Shown here: piece by piece, positions 18,788 through 28,850 of the stretch | Layout of the letters: every line of letters starts with the position of its first letter | Position numbering within the stretch: position 1 is the first letter of the stretch | Source of the DNA: Chitinophagaceae bacterium | GTDB taxonomy: Bacteria; Bacteroidota; Bacteroidia; Chitinophagales; Chitinophagaceae | NCBI GenBank assembly: GCA_044223995.1 | Contig: JBGALE010000010.1 | Location: forward strand, 65,561-129,560 | Direction of reading: 5' to 3' | Length of the DNA stretch: 64,000 nt | Notes under the pieces: generated by a model | Databases searched by the model: none | Seen by the model: only the letters and a program-made list of their open reading frames with translations | Told to the model about the DNA's origin: nothing | Position numbers and translations under genes: made by a program

Positions 18788-19945
18788 TTGAAAAAATTAC
18801 TGTTTGGATTATTGTTGCTGTTACTGCAACAATATGCATTTTCCCAGCAAGATTCCTGTCACCTGCGTATAAGCCTTCTTACCTGTACGCCGGGTGATGA
18901 ATTGTATTCTACTTTTGGTCATAGTGCACTCCGTGTTACCGACAGCACATCGGCTATTGATATCATTTATAACTACGGCACATTCGATTTTGATGACCCC
19001 AATTTTTATATCAAATTCGGGCAGGGCAATATGATGTATTTTGTTTCTGTGGCGCCATTCCAGGAGTTTGTGAAAGAGTACCAGTATTTCAAACGGGGCA
19101 TTACCGAACAGGAGCTGAATCTTAGTTGTACGGAAAAAACACAACTGGCCGGAGCACTGCGTACCAATGCGCTCGAGCAAAACAAATTTTATCTCTACCA
19201 GTTCTTGTACGACAACTGTTCTTCCCGTTTGCGTGATATCGTCAACAGTCATACCAGTTCACCACTTGCGTTTAAAAATATACTTCCGGGAAAACCAGTC
19301 ACCTTTCGCAACCTGATACATGAATACCTTGATAAGGGACATGAGTCCTGGAGCAAATTGGGTATTGATATTTTACTGGGCAGCAATCTGGACATCCCCG
19401 TAAAAAATGAGCAGGCAATGTTCCTGCCGGATTACCTGATGATGGGATTTGACAGCGCTTCCAGAAGCAGTCAGCCATTGGTGGGAAATAAAGCCGTCAT
19501 ACTTCCTGCTGAAAACAACAGCAATAAAGATGGGGATATGCCGCCGTTTTTGATCTTTAGTATCCTATGTATTGCACTTGCATTACTGAGTTTTTCCACA
19601 TCAAAACCGATCTCATTCTTTTTTAATGTGTTTGATTTTTTATTCTTTTTCATTACTGGTTTATTAGGCGTACTGCTGGTCGTGATGTGGATAGGAAGAG
19701 TTGATACGGTATGCAGCAATAACTTTAATATTCTTTGGGCGCTCCCCTCCCATGCAGCGATGGCCTTTTTTATCAATAAGAAGAAAAGCTGGGTTAAAAA
19801 ATACTGGCTGCTGTGTGCCCTCCTGCAAATAGTATTGTTACTCACCTGGAAATGGCTGCCGCAGGAAATGAATAACGCCCTTTTACCAATTGTTGCACTA
19901 TTATTGCTGCGTTTGTGGATGCGTTATAAAAAAGTACCCGCATGA
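18788..19945 (+). CDS. DUF4105 (Lnb N-terminal periplasmic domain-like) membrane protein
   Basis: TTG start. LLTCTPGDELYSTFGHSALRV..YNYGTFDF.. is characteristic of DUF4105. C-terminal multi-TM region. Confidence 0.75.
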   Translation: MKKLLFGLLLLLLQQYAFSQQDSCHLRISLLTCTPGDELYSTFGHSALRVTDSTSAIDIIYNYGTFDFDDPNFYIKFGQGNMMYFVSVAPFQEFVKEYQYFKRGITEQELNLSCTEKTQLAGALRTNALEQNKFYLYQFLYDNCSSRLRDIVNSHTSSPLAFKNILPGKPVTFRNLIHEYLDKGHESWSKLGIDILLGSNLDIPVKNEQAMFLPDYLMMGFDSASRSSQPLVGNKAVILPAENNSNKDGDMPPFLIFSILCIALALLSFSTSKPISFFFNVFDFLFFFITGLLGVLLVVMWIGRVDTVCSNNFNILWALPSHAAMAFFINKKKSWVKKYWLLCALLQIVLLLTWKWLPQEMNNALLPIVALLLLRLWMRYKKVPA

Positions 19946-20751
19946 ATAATGACAAGCAAGTACTTGTTGGCAATACCAACATTCATTACCGTGTACTGGG
20001 AGCGGGTAAACCGGTAATGCTGGTACACGGATTTGGTGAAGACAGCGATGTATGGAAATACCAGGCCGAAGCCCTTTCACCATTTTACAGGCTTATTATC
20101 CCTGATTTGCCCGGTAGTGGCCGTTCACCATTTGATGCTGCCAACGATTCCATGGAAAAAATTGCTGCACAGTTAAAAGCTATACTGGATCATGAAAAAG
20201 TTGACGAAACAATCATGATTGGGCATAGCATGGGCGGCTATGTCACATTAGCTTTTGCAGCGCTGTATCCTGAACGCCTGCTGGCTTTCGGTCTTTTTCA
20301 TTCTACTGCCTATCCAGACAGCGACGAAAAGAAGGGAGTAAGGCAACGTGGAATCGAATTCATTCGTACACATGGCAGTAAGGCATTCCTCGGGCAATCA
20401 ATACCCAACCTTTTCAGTGAAAATTTCCGTACCTCAAATGCCGGTACCGTACAGGCAATGGTAACGCAATACGAAGGTTTTGAACCTGCTGCACTGATTC
20501 AATATTATGAAATAATGATAGCAAGAAAGGACAGGACGGATATATTAAAAACATTTACAAAACCTGTATCATTTATCATTGGAAAATACGATACAGCAGT
20601 GCCTGCAGAACAGGTGCTGCAACAGTGCCACCTGCCGCAAATATCGTACATTCACTTTCTTGAAAACAGCGGCCACATGGGGATGTGGGAAGAAACCGGG
20701 GCGGCAAATGAAGCATTGAAAACATTTTTGGACAACGTATACGTTAACTGA
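19942..20751 (+). CDS. alpha/beta hydrolase
   Basis: ATGA overlap with the upstream gene. VMLVHGFGED, nucleophile elbow GHSMGG, C-terminal ..GHMGMWE. Confidence 0.85.
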   Translation: MNNDKQVLVGNTNIHYRVLGAGKPVMLVHGFGEDSDVWKYQAEALSPFYRLIIPDLPGSGRSPFDAANDSMEKIAAQLKAILDHEKVDETIMIGHSMGGYVTLAFAALYPERLLAFGLFHSTAYPDSDEKKGVRQRGIEFIRTHGSKAFLGQSIPNLFSENFRTSNAGTVQAMVTQYEGFEPAALIQYYEIMIARKDRTDILKTFTKPVSFIIGKYDTAVPAEQVLQQCHLPQISYIHFLENSGHMGMWEETGAANEALKTFLDNVYVN

Positions 20752-20766
20752 TCCGGATCCAGGTGC

Positions 20767-23400
20767 ATGAAGAAACTACTGGCCATACTGACTTCAATTT
20801 TTTTCTTTGTTCCGCTATTTGCTGCACATATACGGGGCGGAGAAATGTATTACAAATACCTCGGGCCCGGTACCGTGGCCGGTACTTCGCGTTACCAGGT
20901 TACACTCAAACTATATGTTCGTTGCGATGCCACGCCACAGCAATTAGATCCGGAAGAACCATTCACTATTTTCAGCAAGGCCAGCAATGCACAATTTGGC
21001 TCGGTTGTAAACGCACCGTTGTCCAACGAAATACAAATAAGTTACGACCCCAATTCCAATCCATGTATCAGTAACCCACCGACGGATATTTGTTACCGTA
21101 TGCGATTTTATGATGCCATCGTTGAATTACCGGACGATCCTGTTGGTTATACCATTTCATTGCAACGCTGCTGCCGAATAGCTGGTATTGAAAATGTAAT
21201 TGCACCCAGCGACAGTTACGGAGCTACTTATTTGTGTGATATTCCCGGAACAAACGCATTACCATTGCCCGAACACAACAGCAGCCCGGTCATCTCCGGC
21301 AATGATGCAGTAGCCATTTGTGTCGGATCTTTTTTCACGTATGATTTTTCGGCCATTGATCCTGATGGCGATTCACTGGTATATTCTCTTTGTGATGCAT
21401 ACCAGGGAGGTGGCCGTGGCAACCCAGCTCCCAATCCTGCATTTCCTCCACCCTATCTGCCCATCGGTTATCAGCCTCCCTACAGTGGCGCAAGTCCGCT
21501 GGGATTGCAGGCAACGATTAATCCTTCAACTGGTATTATTTCAGGAATCGCTCCTCCCACTGCAGCGCAATATGTCGTAACAGCCTGCATCAACGAATAC
21601 CGGCATGGTGTTTTGATCAATGTACACCGGAAAGACATTCACCTGCGTATTGCGGATTGTGTTCCGTTGAAGGCAGTATTACAACCTGATTATAGTTATT
21701 GCGATGATTTCAATGTTACATTCAGGAACGAACAGGCGAACCCCACAGGTTCTGTATACATCTGGCAATTTGGTGATGGCTCGCAACCCGACACTTCCAG
21801 CAGCATGTTAGGGGACGTACAACATACTTATGCAGATTCAGGTACCTATTTAATTAAATTGAAAGTAATCCTTGCTGGCGGACAATGCGTGGATTCTACA
21901 ACAACACTTGCCAAAGTATATCCCGGCTTCTATCCTGGTTTTACCGTCACCGGAAGTTGTATATTAAACCCATTGCAATTTACTGATACTACAAAATCAA
22001 GATACGGAACTGTCAATGCATGGAGCTGGAACTTTGGCGATGAAACCACCCTGGCAGACACATCACATCTTCAAAACCCCACCTGGAAATATAGCACCAT
22101 CGGTACCAAGCAGGCGCAGTTGATAGTGCAGAGCAATAAAGGATGCATAGACACAGCAATCGTAATGGTACAGGTAAAGGACAAACCATTGATTACACTG
22201 GCATTTAAAGACACGCTGATATGCAGTAACCTTCCCATACAGGATACGCTGCAGTTACATGCCAGCGGATTCGGCGTATTCACCTGGTTACCGGCTACCC
22301 GTATCATCAATTCCAATACGCCTGATCCATTTGTGTTCCCTACCAATACAACTATCTATACTGTTCAATTGAATGAAAACGGTTGTATCAATAATGATTC
22401 GGTCAGGGTGCGTGTTGTTGATCACGTTACACTGGATGCTGGCCCGGATTCAACTATATGCCTCACAGATTCAGTTATCTTGCACCCATCGACAGATGGA
22501 CTTGCTTACAACTGGACACCGGCAGCATCGCTGAATAATCCAAACATTAAAAATCCCATTGCCACTCCAACAGGTACAACCACCTATCAACTGGTGGCAA
22601 GGATTGGTAAATGCAGTGTGGCAGATAACCTGACTATTACAACCGTCCCATATCCAAAAGCAATGGCCGGTCCTGATACTGTTATTTGTTACCGCGATAC
22701 GGCATTCTTAAATGCATCTATTATTGGCTCTACATTTACCTGGACACCTGCCTATGGATTGAGCAGTACAACTACCCTATCACCACTTGCCTATCCGTTA
22801 CGGACCACCAGTTATATTTTGCAGGTCTACGATGTATTGGGATGTCCCAAGCCTGGCAAAGACACCATTATGGTAACGGTAAGGCCTCCTGTACTGGCTT
22901 TTGCAGGAAATGATACTTCCGTTGTCGTAAATCAACCATTAAAATTACATGCTACCGGGGCACAGTTTTATTTATGGTCGCCATCCACCTATCTTGATCA
23001 CAACGATATACAATCACCTACGGCGTTATTTAACAACAGCGGCATTTATACATATGCGGTGAAAGTGTATACGCCCGATAACTGTTTTGCGATCGATACG
23101 ATTAATATCAAAGTATTCAAAACAGCACCGGATATTTTTGTTCCCAATGCATTTACGCCGGGCAAAAATCAGAACTTCCTGTTCAGACCAATACCGGTGG
23201 GCATTACCAGGATTGATTACTTCCGCGTCTACAACCGCTGGGGTCAATTGGTATACAGTTCCACAGAATCAGGCCGTGGTTGGGACGGCACATTTGCCGG
23301 CAAAAACCAGGATGCGGGCACCTATGTTTGGGTGGTGCAGGGACACGATTTTACAGGAAAAGTCATTGCAAAGAAAGGAACCATGGTGCTGATACGATGA
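20767..23400 (+). CDS. T9SS type-B C-terminal sorting domain protein (gliding-motility-associated CTD) with PKD-like repeats
   Basis: Signal peptide, PKD-like segments (F.D.S... WNFGDETT) and repeated beta-rich modules. C-terminus FVPNAFTPGKNQNFLFRPIPVGITRIDYFRVYNRWGQLVYSS..GWDGTFAGKNQDAGTYVWVV is the CHU_C/type-B CTD signature. Confidence 0.85.
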   Translation: MKKLLAILTSIFFFVPLFAAHIRGGEMYYKYLGPGTVAGTSRYQVTLKLYVRCDATPQQLDPEEPFTIFSKASNAQFGSVVNAPLSNEIQISYDPNSNPCISNPPTDICYRMRFYDAIVELPDDPVGYTISLQRCCRIAGIENVIAPSDSYGATYLCDIPGTNALPLPEHNSSPVISGNDAVAICVGSFFTYDFSAIDPDGDSLVYSLCDAYQGGGRGNPAPNPAFPPPYLPIGYQPPYSGASPLGLQATINPSTGIISGIAPPTAAQYVVTACINEYRHGVLINVHRKDIHLRIADCVPLKAVLQPDYSYCDDFNVTFRNEQANPTGSVYIWQFGDGSQPDTSSSMLGDVQHTYADSGTYLIKLKVILAGGQCVDSTTTLAKVYPGFYPGFTVTGSCILNPLQFTDTTKSRYGTVNAWSWNFGDETTLADTSHLQNPTWKYSTIGTKQAQLIVQSNKGCIDTAIVMVQVKDKPLITLAFKDTLICSNLPIQDTLQLHASGFGVFTWLPATRIINSNTPDPFVFPTNTTIYTVQLNENGCINNDSVRVRVVDHVTLDAGPDSTICLTDSVILHPSTDGLAYNWTPAASLNNPNIKNPIATPTGTTTYQLVARIGKCSVADNLTITTVPYPKAMAGPDTVICYRDTAFLNASIIGSTFTWTPAYGLSSTTTLSPLAYPLRTTSYILQVYDVLGCPKPGKDTIMVTVRPPVLAFAGNDTSVVVNQPLKLHATGAQFYLWSPSTYLDHNDIQSPTALFNNSGIYTYAVKVYTPDNCFAIDTINIKVFKTAPDIFVPNAFTPGKNQNFLFRPIPVGITRIDYFRVYNRWGQLVYSSTESGRGWDGTFAGKNQDAGTYVWVVQGHDFTGKVIAKKGTMVLIR

Positions 23401-23465
23401 TAACACCGATGCCTGGATCGGGAATTCTTCCATAATTTCGTGGCTCATTTTTCAAACCTATTTTA

Positions 23466-24224
23466 ATGAACAAACTGGTATTGATTACTGGCGCTACTTC
23501 CGGTTTTGGAAAAGCAGCCGCGGACATATTTGCTGCAAACGGGTATAACCTGATCATTACAGGGAGAAGGGCCGACAGGCTGGAAACAAGCAAAGCCGAG
23601 CTGGAAAAAAAATACAGTGTCTCGGTATTACCACTTGTTTTTGATGTGAGAAAGCGGGATGAAGTTTTTAAAGCCATTGAGCAATTACCGGAAAAATGGA
23701 AAGCAATTGACGTATTGGTCAATAATGCAGGACTGGCATTGGGCAGGGATTATTTTGATGATGCCAGTATTGACGACTGGGATACTATGATCGATACCAA
23801 TGTAAAAGGCTTATTGTATGTGACCAAGGCTGTTGTTCCATTCATGGCAGCACGCAATAAAGGTCATATTATTAATATTGGTTCCACTGCAGGAAAGGAA
23901 GTATATGAAAAAGGTAATGTGTATTGCGCTTCCAAGCATGCAGTAGATGCTATCAGCAAAGCCATGCGCATCGATTTGCTGCAACACCGCATAAAAGTAA
24001 CCGCTATTCATCCCGGTGCGGCTGAAACAGAATTCTCGAACATTCGCTTCAAAGGGGATGATGCTACGGCAAAAAAAGTATATGAAGGGTATAAAGCGCT
24101 TAGTGCCAAAGATGTAGCAGATGTAATTTTTTATGTCACCACCCTTCCGGAACACGTTTGCATCAACGACCTTGTGCTAACCTGTACAGCCCAGGCCAAC
24201 TCATTTATTACATTTAAAGGCTAA
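23466..24224 (+). CDS. SDR-family NADP-dependent oxidoreductase (YdfG-like)
   Basis: ITGATSGFG, NNAG, S...YCASK catalytic pattern. 252 aa. Confidence 0.9.
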   Translation: MNKLVLITGATSGFGKAAADIFAANGYNLIITGRRADRLETSKAELEKKYSVSVLPLVFDVRKRDEVFKAIEQLPEKWKAIDVLVNNAGLALGRDYFDDASIDDWDTMIDTNVKGLLYVTKAVVPFMAARNKGHIINIGSTAGKEVYEKGNVYCASKHAVDAISKAMRIDLLQHRIKVTAIHPGAAETEFSNIRFKGDDATAKKVYEGYKALSAKDVADVIFYVTTLPEHVCINDLVLTCTAQANSFITFKG

Positions 24225-24360
24225 TAATTGACCGGTATCGGCCTTGTTTACCCCAATAAAAAGTTAAGGGTAAATAAAGAGCAATACAGCTTGCATGAAC
24301 AGCGTTATAATATTATCTTAGAGCCTTATAGTTAATCCGTTTCTTGTAAAACCCATTTGT

Positions 24361-24846
24361 ATGAAAAGCGTCCTGTGCAAAATCGCCCTTGTGGGCCTGA
24401 TCGTAATCGTATCATTTTCAGCTAAGGCCCAGGAAGATGTTATACGCCTGGAAAACTGCATGAACGAATCTTACAAGACGCAAATAGACAGCCTCAAACA
24501 ATTATTTTCTGCACAGGGTTTTGAAGTAGTAAGGGAAGCTTCCATTAAGATGGAAAGCGAATACGAAATGCCCATCGTTGTTCCCTTAAACCAGGGAAGT
24601 TATTACCAGTTTATTTTTATCGGCGATCCCACTTCAAAACTATATGAAGTACGTATGTACGACTGGAACGAACGCCAAGTAGTTTACCAGAAAAAAATGT
24701 GGGGCGATGTGGATGGCAATATCATTAGCTACTCTTACATACCACAATTCTCCGAATACCACATGATAAAACCGGTACAGGTAAATAAGCAAAAGAAGAA
24801 AAACCTTTGTGGTTATGTAATGCTGCTGAAAAAAGTAAGGCAGTAA
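24361..24846 (+). CDS. hypothetical secreted protein
   Basis: Signal peptide MKSVLCKIALVGLIVIVSFSAKAQ and a 161-aa open frame. No family recognised. Confidence 0.5.
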   Translation: MKSVLCKIALVGLIVIVSFSAKAQEDVIRLENCMNESYKTQIDSLKQLFSAQGFEVVREASIKMESEYEMPIVVPLNQGSYYQFIFIGDPTSKLYEVRMYDWNERQVVYQKKMWGDVDGNIISYSYIPQFSEYHMIKPVQVNKQKKKNLCGYVMLLKKVRQ

Positions 24847-24907
24847 ACAACTCAAACTAACCAGTTTTCCCTGCCCATATTTCCAGGGATTCAACCATGG
24901 TATCAAT

Positions 24908-25549
24908 TCATTTCCGGTTAATCAGTCCATTCACCCAGTCTTCAAAAAAACCATAACCGCGCGCACCCGCTACTACGTCCTGTATATTCCCATACCGATC
25001 AATTAAAATAGAAACTGGTCTTGTCGATAAACTATCCAGCATGGCATTCCCGGAATAATGTCCTGTTATCAACTGCATGGGGTATTGCAGCAGGTATGAT
25101 TGAATGGTATTATTGTCTTCGTCTGAAATGGCAATCACTTTTACATTTCTATTCCTGTACACTGAATCAAGCCTGTTCAAATCAGGCAATTCTCTCCTGC
25201 AGGGCCCGCACCAGGTAGCCCATAGGTTCAATATGATAACTTTTCCGCGATATGCCTGCAGTGAATCTTCGCGCTGGCCTGGTACTGTGTAAAATATAAG
25301 TTTGCCTGCTGGCTTGTCTTTGTATTGTAAAACTGTGTTTAATGGTTGCTGAAAGCGTGTGTACAAAAGAAACATGATAAAAACTCCTGCCAATAAATAA
25401 AAAATATTTCCAGCCAGTTCCTTCCATTTGTTTCCTGCTGTATTTGGATTCTTTATTCGCTTGCGCCAATCACGAACAATTGACCAAACAGTATGAAGAA
25501 TTAAGCCGGCAACAAATAATTTAAGCCAAAATAAAATGGTAGTAGTCAT
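24908..25549 (-). CDS. TlpA-family thiol:disulfide oxidoreductase (membrane-anchored thioredoxin fold)
   Basis: N-terminal TM helices and the WATWCGPC redox motif. Start set to the ATG at 25549 so it no longer overlaps the upstream gene. Confidence 0.85.
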   Translation of the reverse strand: MTTTILFWLKLFVAGLILHTVWSIVRDWRKRIKNPNTAGNKWKELAGNIFYLLAGVFIMFLLYTRFQQPLNTVLQYKDKPAGKLIFYTVPGQREDSLQAYRGKVIILNLWATWCGPCRRELPDLNRLDSVYRNRNVKVIAISDEDNNTIQSYLLQYPMQLITGHYSGNAMLDSLSTRPVSILIDRYGNIQDVVAGARGYGFFEDWVNGLINRK

Positions 25550-25559
25550 AATGAGTGTA

Positions 25560-26789
25560 TCAGGATTGCAACGCCTGTTCCAAATCATTTAAAATATCCG
25601 GAAGGTTTTCAATGCCAATACTCATCCTGATCAGGCCATCTGTTATCCCAAATTTTTCCCGGTCTTCCCTGGCTACACTGTAATGGCTCATGCTGGCCGG
25701 GTGAGATATTAATGTATCCGTAGTGCCCAGCGAAACGGCTCTTGTACACATCTGTAGTTTATCAATAAATTGCTTTCCTGCCTCCAACCCTCCTTTTAAT
25801 TCAATACTCATCATAGGTCCCGGGTGACGCATTTGCTTTTTTGACGTGGCATAATCCGGATGATGTTCCAGCCCGGTATAATTTACTTTCAATACAGACG
25901 AATGTTTATCAAGATAGCGGGCAACTTCCATGGCATTGCTGCAATGGCGTTCCATGCGCAGCTCCAATGTTTTCATACCAAGTGTTAACAGGAATGCATC
26001 GAACGCATTGCTGTTGCCACCCAGCAAACGGTACCATTTGGTAATTTTTGTATTCATCTTTTCCAAATCTTTTCCCACCAACACACCACCAATAGCAGTT
26101 CCATGACCATTGAGAAATTTCGTGGTAGAATGAAAAACAAAATCGACCCCGTATTTAAATGGCTGTTGCAAATAAGGTGTGGCGAAAGTATTGTCAACAG
26201 ATACGCCAATATTGTGTAGCCTGGCAAGTTTGGTTAAGGCTTCAATATCCACGCACTGTATGGTTGGATTTGCAGGTGTCTCGAGATGCATCCAGGCAAT
26301 ACCGGGGTTGTCTTTTATTGCTTTTGCAGCAGCATTCAAATCTCTTAAATCGGCAATCACTACGTCTATGCCAAGAGGTGGCAGTACTTTATGAAGCAGT
26401 TCATGTGTTCCACCATAGAGTGAATAATGTGATAACACTTTATCTCCTTTTTGCAGGTTGGCGAGAAACATGGTGGTCATCGCGGCCTGTCCGCTTGCAT
26501 GAAGGAAGGCTTTTAATTGCAAGGGAGATCCATCTGAGTTTTGTAAACCAAATGATTCAAAGGCACAGATCTTTTCTTCTGCTTCTGTAAAACCGGGGTT
26601 GCCCCATCTTGTATAAATATAACCAGGCTCCAGGTTCGCGAAACGACGCATCCCCTGTTCAGCAGTATCGAATGTAAAAGTAGAAGTGGCATATATGGGT
26701 GTCAGGTGTGAGGAAAGTGGATCATTTTCGTGCCCGGTATGTATGGCTACGGAGCTAAAGCCAGAAAGCGGGAAACTATTCTTTTTCAT
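25560..26789 (-). CDS. PLP-dependent trans-sulfuration family enzyme (O-acetylhomoserine sulfhydrylase / methionine gamma-lyase-like)
   Basis: AIHTGH..., TPIYATSTF.F, HSTTKFLNGHG (PLP lysine), SLG...TLISHPASM. Exact specificity cannot be told from sequence alone. Confidence 0.85.
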   Translation of the reverse strand: MKKNSFPLSGFSSVAIHTGHENDPLSSHLTPIYATSTFTFDTAEQGMRRFANLEPGYIYTRWGNPGFTEAEEKICAFESFGLQNSDGSPLQLKAFLHASGQAAMTTMFLANLQKGDKVLSHYSLYGGTHELLHKVLPPLGIDVVIADLRDLNAAAKAIKDNPGIAWMHLETPANPTIQCVDIEALTKLARLHNIGVSVDNTFATPYLQQPFKYGVDFVFHSTTKFLNGHGTAIGGVLVGKDLEKMNTKITKWYRLLGGNSNAFDAFLLTLGMKTLELRMERHCSNAMEVARYLDKHSSVLKVNYTGLEHHPDYATSKKQMRHPGPMMSIELKGGLEAGKQFIDKLQMCTRAVSLGTTDTLISHPASMSHYSVAREDREKFGITDGLIRMSIGIENLPDILNDLEQALQS

Positions 26790-26963
26790 ATTGATTGCTC
26801 AGCATTTCTATTAAATTAAAAGGGCATGCCATACCTTTACATATTGTTAAAATACTTTATACCGCCCATAATCTTTTCAATCGATTGCTTGGACTTATCA
26901 AATGCAAATTATTTCTTTGCAATGATTTACTAAAGTAAACTTTAAATCCTAAAACAATCAACT

Positions 26964-27587
26964 ATGAAAAAGGTCCTCTTATCAACGACTGCTCTCTTAC
27001 TTATTGTTACTGCTGGTTTTGCCCAGGACGTTAGCTTCGGTGCAAAAGCAGGTATCAATGTTGCCAATCAAAAATTTAAAAGTGGTTCTGGCGGGGGAAG
27101 CCAGACCGGGGATTCAAAAGTAGGCCTTGCCATTGGTGGCTTTGCTGAAATTGGCGTTTCTGAAAACTTTGCCGTACAGCCTGAATTACTGTACTCACAA
27201 ATGGGTGCTAAGGACAAAAGCACCGGATCAACTTTTTCCGTAAACCTTGATTACATTGCTATTCCCGTTTTAGCCAAGTACAAAAACTCTGGCTTTGGCG
27301 TGTATGCGGGCCCGCAGGTAGGTATTTTGGTTAGTTCAAAATACAAAGGCGGTGGATCCAGCGTAGATGCTAAAGACGATTACAAAAGTGTTGACTTTAA
27401 CGGGGTATTCGGGGCAGAATATACTTTTGAGCCTGGTGTTGTGATAAGTGCCCGTTATTTATTTGGTTTGGCAAACATTGCCAAAACAGGAGGTAACAGC
27501 AATTTCGAAAGTGGCGACAAAGTTACCAACAGTGCATTTAATATTACTGTCGGTTATGTATTCGGCGGATCAGGAAAAAAGAACTAA
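26964..27587 (+). CDS. small outer-membrane beta-barrel (porin/OmpW-like family)
   Basis: Signal peptide. FGAKAGINVAN.., ..PELLYSQMGAK.., LDYIAIPVLAKY.., ..RYLFGLANI. Typical 8-10 strand Bacteroidota OMP_b-brl. Confidence 0.8.
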   Translation: MKKVLLSTTALLLIVTAGFAQDVSFGAKAGINVANQKFKSGSGGGSQTGDSKVGLAIGGFAEIGVSENFAVQPELLYSQMGAKDKSTGSTFSVNLDYIAIPVLAKYKNSGFGVYAGPQVGILVSSKYKGGGSSVDAKDDYKSVDFNGVFGAEYTFEPGVVISARYLFGLANIAKTGGNSNFESGDKVTNSAFNITVGYVFGGSGKKN

Positions 27588-27604
27588 GCCACAACTCATT
27601 TATG

Positions 27605-27635
27605 AAAAGCCTTGCATTCAATGCAGGGCTTTTTT
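27605..27635 (+). terminator. rho-independent terminator after the porin gene
   Basis: GCCTTGCAT-tca-ATGCAGGGC stem (9 bp, one G-U) flanked by an A-run and followed by TTTTTT. Confidence 0.8.
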
Positions 27636-27730
27636 ATTTATTGGATTCGATCTATGAATACACCTCAAACCAGCATAAACAACGAACCCGGTTTATTCAA
27701 CCGGGTTTGCGAATTAATTGTATTGATATA

Positions 27731-28723
27731 TTAGTAAGCCCATTTTACCAGCGTTGCACCCCAGGTAAATCCGCCGCCAAATGCAGCCAGCACTAAATTG
27801 TCTCCTTTCTTCAATTGTTTTTCCCAATCCCACAGGCAAAGTGGTATGGTTCCCGCCGTAGTATTCCCATACCGTTGGATATTGATCATTACTTTTTCTT
27901 TTGGTAAACCCATTCTGCTGGCAGTCGCATCGATAATCCGGAGGTTGGCCTGGTGTGGTACCAGCCAGGAGATGTCTTCGCCGGTTAATTTATTTCGCTC
28001 GAGCAATTCTGCACTTACATCTGCCATACCTTTCACAGCAAACTTAAATACTGCCTGTCCTTCCTGGTAGGCAAAATGCTCCTTCGCAGTAACGGTTTCA
28101 ATCGTTGCTGGTTTTAATGAACCACCTGCCTTCATGTGAAGGTAATTTCTGCCACTCCCGTCTGTTCTCAGTATACTGTCCAGCACGCCGCATCCTTCAT
28201 TGTTAGGCTCCAATAAAACAGCTCCGGCACCATCTCCAAATATGATACAGGTAGCCCGATCGGTGTAATCGATTATTGCACTCATTTTATCAGCACCAGC
28301 CACAACTACTTTTTTATAACGACCGCTTTCAATATAGCTGGCACCTGTTGTGAGGGCGAACAGGAAACCAGAACAGGCGGCGCTCATATCAAATCCCCAG
28401 GCATTGATGGCGCCGATTTTATCGCATACAATATTAGCCGTTGCCGGAAAAACCATGTCAGGTGTAACGGTCGCCACAATCAGGCAGTCTATTTCAGCAG
28501 GATCGATGCCTCTTTTTTTACAGAGTTCCAAAACAGCAGGTACGACCATATCGGAGGTGGCCTTGCCTTCGCCTTTTAAAATTCTTCTTTCTTCAATACC
28601 AGTACGGGTTCTTATCCATTCGTCATTGGTATCAACCATCTTTTCCAGGTCAAAATTCGTCAGTTTATCTTCGGGAACATAGCCGCCTACAGCAGTAATG
28701 GCGGCAGTAAGTCTTTGGCTCAT
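27731..28723 (-). CDS. fabH: 3-oxoacyl-ACP synthase III
   Basis: [25 protein letters not shown], active-site [38 protein letters not shown]. Confidence 0.95.
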   Translation of the reverse strand: MSQRLTAAITAVGGYVPEDKLTNFDLEKMVDTNDEWIRTRTGIEERRILKGEGKATSDMVVPAVLELCKKRGIDPAEIDCLIVATVTPDMVFPATANIVCDKIGAINAWGFDMSAACSGFLFALTTGASYIESGRYKKVVVAGADKMSAIIDYTDRATCIIFGDGAGAVLLEPNNEGCGVLDSILRTDGSGRNYLHMKAGGSLKPATIETVTAKEHFAYQEGQAVFKFAVKGMADVSAELLERNKLTGEDISWLVPHQANLRIIDATASRMGLPKEKVMINIQRYGNTTAGTIPLCLWDWEKQLKKGDNLVLAAFGGGFTWGATLVKWAY

Positions 28724-28790
28724 AGCTTAGAATCAGGATTTAAAAAATTTCGGTAAAAGTACAGGAAAAAGGCTTTACCGCTATTCTTAC

Positions 28791-28818
28791 AAAAAAGCCC
28801 CGCAAATGTTGCGGGGCC
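28791..28818 (-). terminator. rho-independent terminator after the giant T9SS cargo gene
   Basis: Minus strand reads GCCCCGCAA-cat-TTGCGGGGC followed by TTTTTT, about 33 nt past the stop at 28851-28853. Confidence 0.85.
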
Positions 28819-28850
28819 GTATAAAAAAGGGGCGGTGCAGTATGTTTACA

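Noticed and set aside
26790-26963. Leader of the PLP trans-sulfuration gene (minus strand), inspected for a SAM riboswitch
   Set aside because: I found no match to the SAM-I core (GAGGGA / GCCC pairing elements) or to the SAM-II AAAGCU motif. There is only a small AAAGG...CCTTT hairpin.
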